Shown here piece after piece: positions 56,325 to 64,000 of a DNA stretch of 64,000 nt. Within the stretch, counting starts at the first letter, position 1. Every line of letters begins with the position of its first letter. The notes under the pieces were generated by a model. It was not told the DNA's origin. It did not search any database and saw only the letters and a list, made by a program, of their open reading frames with translations. Origin of the DNA: an uncultured Candidatus Poseidoniales archaeon (GTDB lineage Archaea > Thermoplasmatota > Poseidoniia > Poseidoniales > Poseidoniaceae); contig CM001443.1 of assembly GCA_000246735.1 (NCBI GenBank), positions 143,669 to 207,668 on the forward strand, written 5' to 3'. The translations under genes were made by a program, and so were the position numbers.

Positions 56325-57551
56325 TCACAGGAACATTGCTCGACACCGGTCGCCTTTGTTTGAGGGTTGCCCTGGTGAAAGAAGGGTTAGGCCATCTGCT
56401 CGGGCGACCCCGCTGAGGTTTCCTGACCCTTGGTGGCCAGTCGAATAGGCGATGGGATGGTCGCCGCTGGTGTCGATTGAAATTCTTCGGAGTGCCAGGC
56501 AATTTGCATCACCCTTGATGTCTTCACCGAGTTCGACCATGATATGGTGTTCTTTCGGGCCGCCTCCATACACGGACGCTCGGAGGTAGGGGGCGACGAG
56601 GATTCGAAACACCACGTGGCTGCTGGCTGGATTCCCTGGAAGACCAAAGATCGGTGTTGAATTCCACGTACCGAAGAGCGGCGGGGAGCCAGGGCGGATT
56701 TTGACCCGCCAGAAATGAACATCACCCTCTTCTTCCATGATTTTACGAACGTAGTCCCATTCACCCATTGAAACGCCACCAGATGTCAAGATAAGGTCGC
56801 ATTCCTTTGCTGCCGTAGTGAGGCTCGAACGAAGGGCATCCATTGAATCGTTCACGGATGGGTAACGAACGGCCTCATGGCCCATCCATTCTACAAGTCC
56901 GGCCAAACCAAACGAGTTTGATTCGTAGATCTCGTGGGCTTCGAGAGGTTCGCCTGGAAGTTTTAATTCATCGCCTGTTGAAAGAATTGCAACCTTTGCC
57001 CTTTTGAAAACGGGAACGGTTGGCCACCCCATTGTTGCGCAGAGACCTATGTTGGCTGGCGTCAATGTAGTTCCTTTTTCCAGCGTCACTTCGCCGCGCT
57101 TCAAGTTTTCACCTTGCTTGCGGATGAAATGGGGCCGGCCTTGTTCGGCGAGTGTGACTTCTGCCCCTGCCTCGTCCATTTCACAACGCTCGATTGGAAG
57201 AATTGAATCGGCACCAGGAGGAATGGGTCCACCTGTCATAATCCGAGACGCTTGCCCTCTCTTGAGGGGTTGTGTTGTTTCTCTTTCTCCAGCTTGTATG
57301 GTCTGAACTATTTTGAGCGTGTTTGGGGGCTGGAGGCTGTCTTCGTGAATGAAAGCAAAACCATCCATGGCTGAATTATCAAACGGTGGATCATCCACCT
57401 TGGAACAGAGGTCATCTGCAAGAATTCGTCCATGTGCCTCATCGAGCGGTACATCTTCAACACCGACGGAGAGAAGTGTCTTGGTTGCAATGGCAACGGC
57501 CGACTCTATGTCGATGAAGTAGGGTACCTCGGTCACAGACTGTGCAACCAT
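56325..57551 (-). CDS. moeA: Molybdopterin molybdotransferase (gephyrin-like)
   Basis: PPFDNSAMDG, IMTGGPIP, STGDEL, SGGVSMG, IRPG, GLPGNP, QGSG. Confidence 0.92.
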   Translation of the reverse strand: MVAQSVTEVPYFIDIESAVAIATKTLLSVGVEDVPLDEAHGRILADDLCSKVDDPPFDNSAMDGFAFIHEDSLQPPNTLKIVQTIQAGERETTQPLKRGQASRIMTGGPIPPGADSILPIERCEMDEAGAEVTLAEQGRPHFIRKQGENLKRGEVTLEKGTTLTPANIGLCATMGWPTVPVFKRAKVAILSTGDELKLPGEPLEAHEIYESNSFGLAGLVEWMGHEAVRYPSVNDSMDALRSSLTTAAKECDLILTSGGVSMGEWDYVRKIMEEEGDVHFWRVKIRPGSPPLFGTWNSTPIFGLPGNPASSHVVFRILVAPYLRASVYGGGPKEHHIMVELGEDIKGDANCLALRRISIDTSGDHPIAYSTGHQGSGNLSGVARADGLTLLSPGQPSNKGDRCRAMFL

Positions 57552-57572
57552 CGCTCGGTTTGAGGTTCACGG

Positions 57573-58337
57573 TCATGGTAGAAGATCAATACCGCGCTTC
57601 GCTGTAGCGAGGACAAGGACGAAAATCAGCAGCCAACGTACGGTTGTTTGCGGTGCTTTTTCCGCCCCGAATTTTGAACCAATGTAACCGCCACAAGCCA
57701 CAGCGATTACAAATGAGGCAAGTGGGTCAAGGGACAAGGAAAGTTGGCCTGAGAGATGTGCTCCTAAGAGGCCGGCAGCAGAATTTGCCCATATGAACAG
57801 CGCCGCAGTCGCTGCTGCGGCTTTTGGAGTGGCCCAGCGTTTGAGCACAAGAATAGGGGACAGAAAGATGCCTCCCCCGACGCCAATCATTCCACTGATC
57901 ACACCAATTGAAGCACCAATAGGAATTGAAGTTTGAAGGGATGGTAGAGGGTTTGGTTGTGAACTTTCTTCGGGTTGTTTTGAGGTTGCTAAACGGTACG
58001 CTGCGAAGAGAAGGGCTGCTGAGAGGAGTGTGTCATATACGACGCCATCGACTTTGAGTGTCCCTCCATAAAGAGCTGCAGGGAGGCTTGCTGCAATGAA
58101 CATTAACGATAGTTTAGGACGGTGAAACCCTGCTTTCTGATAGTGGTAAAACGCAAGACTTGCAACGACAAGGTTGAGCACCCATGCGTGTTGTTTCAGC
58201 CATGAACTGTTCATTGACGCAAAGGTGGACAAAGAAAGCAGGGCGAGATAGCCCGAAGCGCCACCATGACCTACAGATGCATACAGCGCTGCGATCACAA
58301 AGAGCGCTAAACACAAGAAAAGTGTTTCAGCAGCCAT
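57573..58337 (-). CDS. TauE/SafE (TSUP) family transporter
   Basis: SVGHGGASGY and GMIGVGGGIFLSP Gly-rich motifs; about eight TM helices. Confidence 0.88.
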   Translation of the reverse strand: MAAETLFLCLALFVIAALYASVGHGGASGYLALLSLSTFASMNSSWLKQHAWVLNLVVASLAFYHYQKAGFHRPKLSLMFIAASLPAALYGGTLKVDGVVYDTLLSAALLFAAYRLATSKQPEESSQPNPLPSLQTSIPIGASIGVISGMIGVGGGIFLSPILVLKRWATPKAAAATAALFIWANSAAGLLGAHLSGQLSLSLDPLASFVIAVACGGYIGSKFGAEKAPQTTVRWLLIFVLVLATAKRGIDLLP

Positions 58338-58355
58338 AGAGAACCGTTCCAGGGC

Positions 58356-58652
58356 TCACTCAAACTTCATTTCATTCCCGCATTCAGGGTATGAACACGT
58401 AACGGTGTATCGGGATTTCTTTGGTTTGGGGATTTTGAGCATCGAGCCGCAAGAGTCGCATTGGACGCGAAGGGTTTCTGGTCCCTTCGGAGCAGGTGCA
58501 TCCCCAAGCGTGCGTCCTACATCGGTTGACCAACCAAGGTTATCCTTGTAGGAATCACCTGTGGTGTTCATTTTCTTTTGTTTCAAAGAAAGGCGCATCT
58601 TACGCTTGCGTTTTTTTGGTTTCTTACCGCCCGCCGGTGCCTTTCCCGCCAT
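58356..58652 (-). CDS. Small basic protein with C-terminal zinc ribbon
   Basis: 98 aa from ATG 58652; K/R-rich N-terminus, CDSCG..LKIP..VTCSYPECG. Confidence 0.7.
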   Translation of the reverse strand: MAGKAPAGGKKPKKRKRKMRLSLKQKKMNTTGDSYKDNLGWSTDVGRTLGDAPAPKGPETLRVQCDSCGSMLKIPKPKKSRYTVTCSYPECGNEMKFE

Positions 58653-58683
58653 GTGAATCGGACTCCCCTTGGTGTCGTTGTAT

Positions 58684-60018
58684 TCAATGACTTCGGCTAA
58701 ATTCTTCACCGAGGTATTCCGAGACGCCATTGACTGGGTTGTGCACAATGTGTCCATTCTTCTCAAGCGCTTCCGCAAGGGGGGGGCGAGCGTTATGTGG
58801 ATCTGTGTGGTAGATCACCACTTCTTCTGCTTGGCAGTCTGATGCAAAATCCACGATTTCTTTGTGGCCTGCGTGGGTCGAGAAGGAATATGTATCCCAC
58901 TCGAGGGGGATTTCCGTGTCCTTGCCGAAAATTTTCAACTTTCCTTCTGACTGAAGTTGCCGTCCACCGGTTGCTTTCGCTTGGTAGCCTGTGAAGAGAA
59001 TGGCGTTCTTTGTATCATGCCGAAGGCGATTCAAATACCAAATTGAAGGCCCGCCCTGGAGCATGCCTGATGTGGAAACAATCACATCTGCTTCAAGCGC
59101 TCGCTTTCGATCTGATTTGCTCGAAACTCGCTTGCACCACGACCATGCAGAACGAAGTGCGGCAGGATCTCGAAGCGTTTCTGGATGATTCATTTGCATC
59201 TTAGCAATGCGTTTTCCCATTCCGTCAACGTGAACGTTGAGGTGAGGGAGGTATTTGTGAAGGCGCATGACAACATCCTGAGTTCGACCGTTAGCAAAAG
59301 CTGGGATGAGGACGGTTCCACCACCGTCGACAACGCGCTGGACGTGTTCAACAAAACGTTGAATCTCTTGTTCCATGTTTGGGTGTTCCCTTCCACCGTA
59401 TGTTCCTTCAACAAATAATGTGTCAGTTTTTTGTGGTTTTGCCCCGGTTGTTAGAGGTGAGTTACGGGTGTCGAAATCGCCAGAAATCAATACCTTGCGA
59501 TCGGGCGTTTCGAGATCAAGCATCGCTGCGCCCGGAATGTGACCTGCTTTACGAAGGGTGAGTTTCCAATCATCGTGATTCCATGGAGCATCAAAATCGT
59601 GGATTCGCCAGGCGTCAATCGCTGTATCGATGTCACGCTTGTCCCAAGCAAGGGGGTATCCTTCGATTGAACTGACTTTATGGCAATCATACCACATCAT
59701 TTCTGATATTTCTGCAGTCAACGCAGTACCGTGAAGAAGGGTTCGATGATTTGAACAAAGCCAAGGTGCCATGCCTAAGTGATCAACGTGGGAATGAGTG
59801 ATGACTGCATCTTTGACTTTTGGAGCTTCAGATGGATACCTTGGAGGATGGGTTGGTGCAAGACCGTAGTCGAGTAAAAGACGAGTTTGCTTTTCGTTCT
59901 CGAACATAATTCCTACATTTCCGACTTCATCACCACCACCAAGTGGATGGTATCGAAGACCTTTTTCTGGAGTGTCCTCTGGATACGACGTGGTTCTTCC
60001 AGCTGAGTATAGGACCAT
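58684..60018 (-). CDS. Beta-CASP metallo-beta-lactamase ribonuclease (aCPSF2-like)
   Basis: LGGGDEVG, THSHVDH, AGHIPG, SGDF, EGTYG, PAFANGRTQ, SGMLQGG, TGYQ, FSTHA; no KH domain; start chosen at ATG 60018. Confidence 0.88.
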   Translation of the reverse strand: MVLYSAGRTTSYPEDTPEKGLRYHPLGGGDEVGNVGIMFENEKQTRLLLDYGLAPTHPPRYPSEAPKVKDAVITHSHVDHLGMAPWLCSNHRTLLHGTALTAEISEMMWYDCHKVSSIEGYPLAWDKRDIDTAIDAWRIHDFDAPWNHDDWKLTLRKAGHIPGAAMLDLETPDRKVLISGDFDTRNSPLTTGAKPQKTDTLFVEGTYGGREHPNMEQEIQRFVEHVQRVVDGGGTVLIPAFANGRTQDVVMRLHKYLPHLNVHVDGMGKRIAKMQMNHPETLRDPAALRSAWSWCKRVSSKSDRKRALEADVIVSTSGMLQGGPSIWYLNRLRHDTKNAILFTGYQAKATGGRQLQSEGKLKIFGKDTEIPLEWDTYSFSTHAGHKEIVDFASDCQAEEVVIYHTDPHNARPPLAEALEKNGHIVHNPVNGVSEYLGEEFSRSH

Positions 60019-60076
60019 AGGGCTCAGTATCTCGTCGGCCCGACCCATGATGAAGATGTGCATGTTCTGGACCCAC

Positions 60077-60420
60077 ACCCCCTCGTTTCCTTTGGAGAGA
60101 TTTCGGTTCGGTTTCAGGTTTTTTTTGATTGGTTATGTGGTGGTAGTATTATGTGCTTGACGCGACCATATTCTACGGGGCATACTTCCGTTTCTTTCTA
60201 TCCCTTTCTACAACATCCTTCACCGATCGATACGATATGTGTTCCATAGGAAATAGGGGGGTCTAGGGATATCTTCCGTTTCTTGGTGAAAAAGGAGTCA
60301 ATTCTATTTCCATTGGATGAAGAATCCATTCGAATTATATGATGATTCCTCGAATCCCAAATATATTTTTTTTATGCCGCAGACTCATTTCCAAATTTCA
60401 GATTTTCCATAAGAAATCGT
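60077..60420. other. Candidate origin of replication (oriC) with ORB elements
   Basis: Minus-strand CTCCAAAGGAAACGAGGGGGT (60077-60097), plus-strand GTTCCATAGGAAATAGGGGGGT (60241-60262), minus-strand TCCAATGGAAATAG (60304-60317), plus-strand TTCCATAAGAAATCG (60405-60419), AT-rich spacers; the longest intergenic region in the window. Confidence 0.75.
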
Positions 60421-60466
60421 TTCTCCTCTACGAAGATGACATGAACCTTGTGCGCATGGAAGAATC

Positions 60467-60679
60467 ATGGCGCGACAAGAAGACCATCTCTTCGTTGTTG
60501 ACGAAGACCGGTGCTTCGGTTGCGCAGCCTGCATAGCGTTGTGTCCCGTGAATGTATTGACACTCATCGATCGACTCGCAGTTGTCGATGAAGAAGCCTG
60601 CACTCATTGCGAACTCTGTATTCCTTCCTGCCCGGTCTTTGCGCTTGATATTCGACCAACAATCGAGGTGAAGGCATGA
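60467..60679 (+). CDS. 2x[4Fe-4S] ferredoxin
   Basis: CFGCAACIALCP and CTHCELCIPSCP. Confidence 0.93.
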   Translation: MARQEDHLFVVDEDRCFGCAACIALCPVNVLTLIDRLAVVDEEACTHCELCIPSCPVFALDIRPTIEVKA

Positions 60680-61398
60680 ATCGAATCGTTTGCATTGGAG
60701 GTTCCATTGCCAACCTCATTGCGGCCTACCACCTTTCGGAAACGAATGATGTGACAATTATCGACGTTCATGCCGAGATTGGCATGCCATGTGGCCAACC
60801 AGGGTTTCTCTTAGACCTCGACAAACTTCAGCCCTACATGACAAAGGATCAACTTGAATTTCTTCGACCCCACTCAAATGAACCCGGATGGGGTCTTCGC
60901 AGTGAATGGATGACCAAACTTCTCGCACTTAACACAGCGCAACAAGGGGCAAAGATTCTCACCCGAACTCGAATCACGTCCATTGCCTTTGAAAATGAAA
61001 TCTATACTGTCAAATTCTCAGGTGGTGGACCTACATCAACATCAACCATCGAGGCGAATCAAATCATCGATGCGTCACACCTTGTTCCAAAAGCACCAGG
61101 GTCGCTTCAACACACGATTGACCAAACGCTCGAACTCATCACGCCCAAATTCAGTGAAATCACTGAATGGTTTGGCGGCACAGCTTTGACGAGTGATTGT
61201 CTTGAACTTCCTGAGTCAGCGTGGAAGTTTGATCGTTCTGAGGGGTTGAGTGAGGTCTGGTTTGAAGGCAGTCCACAATGGCAGCCAACCCATGGTTGGA
61301 TTGAACAAATAACGGCACCACTCCCATCAGCTTCACAGCAGCGCACCATTGACGCACAAATCGATGAAGGTCGCTCCCTTGCGGGGGTGAACGAATGA
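60676..61398 (+). CDS. Short, divergent FAD-oxidoreductase-like protein (geranylgeranyl reductase-like N-terminus)
   Basis: IVCIGGSIANLIAA degenerate Rossmann motif, EIGMPCG, GAKILTRT, IEANQIIDAS; ATGA overlap with the ferredoxin gene. Confidence 0.6.
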   Translation: MNRIVCIGGSIANLIAAYHLSETNDVTIIDVHAEIGMPCGQPGFLLDLDKLQPYMTKDQLEFLRPHSNEPGWGLRSEWMTKLLALNTAQQGAKILTRTRITSIAFENEIYTVKFSGGGPTSTSTIEANQIIDASHLVPKAPGSLQHTIDQTLELITPKFSEITEWFGGTALTSDCLELPESAWKFDRSEGLSEVWFEGSPQWQPTHGWIEQITAPLPSASQQRTIDAQIDEGRSLAGVNE

Positions 61399-62162
61399 CA
61401 GAAAAACTGTATCTTCACAGCATTGAATCTGGATATTTTCAAAATTTCAACGCGACAGTCACTGGTGTTGAAGATGCACAAGTGATTCTTGATCAGACTC
61501 TTTTTTATCCGCTTGGAGGTGGTCAAAACTGGGATATTGGTACACTCACAGGACCGAATGGTAATCTCGAAGTCTCTGAAGTGCGTGGTCGGGATGACGT
61601 GTTCCATACTGTAGGGGAAGGCCACCAATTAGAAATTGGTGACGAAGTTACAGGAACAATCGACTGGGAACGCCGCCATGCTCACATGCGAATGCACACA
61701 GCACAACATCTTGTTTCTGGTTTGGTCTATGAGATGTTCAATGGGGCACGTACCGTTGGGAATCAAATTCACAGTGACCGTTCTCGTATTGATTTCAACC
61801 CAATCACCTTCGATGATGCTATGTTGGAGTCATTGACCATTCGTACAAATGACATCATCAAACAAAACCTTCGAGTCACAGACACCGTCATGACACGGGA
61901 TGAGGTCAACGCAATCATGCCACCCGAGCGAACGAACATGGATCTGCTGCCAGCAAGTGTCAAACAACTCCGGGTTGTAAAAATCGATGATGGATTTGAT
62001 CTCTGTCCTTGCGCAGGCACCCATGTACAACAACTCGGTGAAATCGGAGGCGTTCAAATTCTCGGAAAGAAATCCAAAGGAAAAGGGACGCAGCGAATTA
62101 CCTACGACCTCCTCGAACCATTGATTAAAATTTCAGCGCTGTCAGAAACCTTTCCAATTTAA
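61395..62162 (+). CDS. alaX: Alanyl-tRNA editing protein AlaX (AlaX-M type)
   Basis: LDQTLFYPLGGGQ, IDWERR, HTAQH zinc motif, CAGTHV. Confidence 0.92.
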   Translation: MTEKLYLHSIESGYFQNFNATVTGVEDAQVILDQTLFYPLGGGQNWDIGTLTGPNGNLEVSEVRGRDDVFHTVGEGHQLEIGDEVTGTIDWERRHAHMRMHTAQHLVSGLVYEMFNGARTVGNQIHSDRSRIDFNPITFDDAMLESLTIRTNDIIKQNLRVTDTVMTRDEVNAIMPPERTNMDLLPASVKQLRVVKIDDGFDLCPCAGTHVQQLGEIGGVQILGKKSKGKGTQRITYDLLEPLIKISALSETFPI

Positions 62163-62224
62163 TTCATCCATCCAAAAGATGGGTATGGGCCATGCTTATA
62201 CAGACTACGAATTTTACAAAGGTC

Positions 62225-62631
62225 ATGGACCTAAACGACTTCGACGTTGGAGACAGTCTAAGTGGGCGCATTACGGGGGCACTGTTCGGCTTCATTTTAC
62301 TCGCGTTTGGGATGCCTTTCACTTTCGTACCAGTGCTTATTTTTGGTGATGGTTCCATCGATCTTCTCTCGTTCGGTGGCTTATTCATGGTGCTGTTCAC
62401 ACTGCCTTTCGTTGTTGCTGGTTTATTCGTTCAATTCATCGGATTTTCGGTGATTCGGCTGAGCATTCGCCCTAGCGACAAGAAAACGATTGGCAGGTTA
62501 AACAAGGCCTTAGGCAATCAGTCACTCGACGTCACCAAGAGGCTTCGCGAACAGGCACACCTGACGTAGTTGTCGAAGAAGAAGGTCCTTCTGACCAAGG
62601 TGAAAATTTCTGGGACACCGTCGAGTCCTGA
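62225..62631 (+). CDS. Hypothetical two-TM membrane protein, apparently frameshifted near 62480
   Basis: Two TM helices (FGMPFT, FTLPFV); in-frame stop at 62569, but the -1 frame continues to ..EEEGPSDQGENFWDTVES-stop at 62631. Confidence 0.6.
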
Positions 62632-62728
62632 GCAAAAAGAGATGAGGTTTGCAGAAGTCATCAAATACCTTATTCCTTTAGAGATAACATTTGTTCAAGA
62701 CCCTTTTCAATTCGTAATTAAACCGAAA

Positions 62729-63394
62729 TCATAAATCAAGGTCATCATCGAGTAATTCTTTCACGTCTAAAAGCGTCGATTTCCACGCTTTTCTGTTCTT
62801 TTGTCGTTCTTCAAACACCCGCTCCTCAATTCCATCAACCAATTCTTTTGGTGCCGTTTGAGCTTCAGTAGCCGCTTCAAGACGATCTGTTAATTCCGTA
62901 TCTTCACCAATACGGTCGCTTCGGTCGACCTGGGCGATGTCATGACTTGGGACTGTTCTAGAACCGTATTGCTTGAGTTGGGTTTGATCAACATACATGG
63001 CTTGATTGATTCGTTCAATTTCTTGTTCAGCCAACTGAACCTCGAGGCTGGCTTTCTTTGCACGCTGCCGCTCGAAAACTTCCACAATATCCTCATTGCT
63101 TGGCATTGGTTTTTGTTCCGTCATGGCTGATGCCAAGCGCTGCTGATGCGTTAATGCTGGACCATGAATTTCATCATGATCATGACGATGTGGAGCAGCT
63201 GCCATCATGAGGATCTCTTTGGCAAATTGGTGAAGAGAACTGTCTGCAGGTGCCTTTGCCAAAACATCGCGAACTTCTCTGTGGTGGGAAATGCAAGATT
63301 TACATCGAATCGCGCTGTCCTCATCCGGCGCATCACACAATAAGCAACAGGCTTGGAAACCCATTTCTTTCATGGCACGACGAGGCATTGACAT
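62729..63394 (-). CDS. Hypothetical protein with N-terminal Cys cluster (putative zinc finger)
   Basis: CCLLC..CKSC..HH, HRHDHD; charged helical C-terminus. Confidence 0.75.
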   Translation of the reverse strand: MSMPRRAMKEMGFQACCLLCDAPDEDSAIRCKSCISHHREVRDVLAKAPADSSLHQFAKEILMMAAAPHRHDHDEIHGPALTHQQRLASAMTEQKPMPSNEDIVEVFERQRAKKASLEVQLAEQEIERINQAMYVDQTQLKQYGSRTVPSHDIAQVDRSDRIGEDTELTDRLEAATEAQTAPKELVDGIEERVFEERQKNRKAWKSTLLDVKELLDDDLDL

Positions 63395-63476
63395 ATCTGC
63401 TCAAACCTCTCTCAATGGTTAACCGCATCAACCTTGGGACGCGAGGCTTCAAATTGTATCGAGCAGAACAAAGCCC

Positions 63477-64000
63477 ATGGGGAGGCGTGACCCGAGGGCG
63501 GACATCATCGACGATGATCCTTTCAAGCAGAAACCACGCATCGCTCGCGTTCATTCTCGCCGGGGCGATGATGGAACAATACACTTCGAAATGAATGGCT
63601 CAAGTACGGGTTCAATTAACCCACTTCTGGCACAATTCATGGGCCTCCAACCCAACAAACCTGCAAACCTTCACACGGGCGGAATTTGGCATTTTAGTGA
63701 TGAGGAAAAGAAACATCTGCGTCTCGCAACAGCTGCTTTCACCCTCGCTCTTGGCTTCATGTGGGTTGGCGGGATCCGCACCCTCCTTGCAACATCGCTG
63801 TCTCAATGGATGATTCAATTGTTGTTGGCAATGCCTGTGATGCTTTTGGCTGTTGGACCAGCGTTTCTATTTCACGAGATAGGACACAAAATCATTGCAA
63901 AGAAGAACGGTTGTTGGGCTGAATTTAGAGCAGATCCAAGTGGTTTACGGTTTGGAATATTTCTTGCGTTTTTCCTCGGCTTTTTGTTTATGGCACCGGG
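63477..64000 (+). CDS. Site-2 (M50-family) membrane metalloprotease, 3'-truncated
   Basis: Hand translation from ATG 63477: ..WHFSDEEKKHL..AFLFHEIGHKIIAKKNGCWAEFRA..FMAPG; HExxH within a TM context; runs off the window. Confidence 0.85.
   Translation, partial: MGRRDPRADIIDDDPFKQKPRIARVHSRRGDDGTIHFEMNGSSTGSINPLLAQFMGLQPNKPANLHTGGIWHFSDEEKKHLRLATAAFTLALGFMWVGGIRTLLATSLSQWMIQLLLAMPVMLLAVGPAFLFHEIGHKIIAKKNGCWAEFRADPSGLRFGIFLAFFLGFLFMAP

Noticed and set aside
56325-57551. MoeA as a moonlighting gephyrin-like division scaffold
   Set aside because: Catalytic motifs look intact and the neighbouring TSUP transporter fits a Moco context; nothing in the sequence supports a scaffold role
60339-60603. 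Short ORFs 60339-60536 (+), 60385-60603 (-) and 60058-60249 (+) in or next to the AT-rich gap
   Set aside because: No recognisable motifs; they overlap the ferredoxin or the ORB elements, so the gap is better read as non-coding
1-64000. tRNA, rRNA, SRP or RNase P RNA genes, IS elements, integrases
   Set aside because: Intergenic gaps are short and I saw no cloverleaf or T-loop signature, terminal inverted repeats or transposase/integrase ORFs; a covariance-model scan would be needed to exclude small RNAs

Overview
Chromosomal segment of a planktonic marine archaeon, most likely Marine Group II Euryarchaeota (Poseidoniales, Thermoplasmata). This is inferred from archaeal core genes (priL, dph5, trm5, rpl18a/LX, prefoldin alpha, ftsY, group II GGGP synthase, mptE, alaX) together with a DTK-motif proteorhodopsin, a membrane-anchored S8 protease and several bacterial-type genes (GSII, RluA-family synthase, uvrA). 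About 60 densely packed CDS; I saw no tRNA, rRNA, CRISPR array or mobile element. Main highlights: (1) a candidate replication origin at about 60.07-60.42 kb with inverted ORB elements and G-strings, at a gene-strand switch and with no cdc6/orc1 in the window; (2) a MamK-family actin followed by a long coiled-coil protein and a membrane protein, a possible undescribed cytoskeletal module; (3) a membrane-anchored pseudo-receiver downstream of ftsY; (4) an unannotated 50-aa zinc-ribbon microprotein; (5) a shared NFWDTV terminal motif in two unrelated membrane proteins; (6) three genes with apparent single-base indels, probably sequencing errors. All family assignments are from motifs recognised by eye; no database searches were run.
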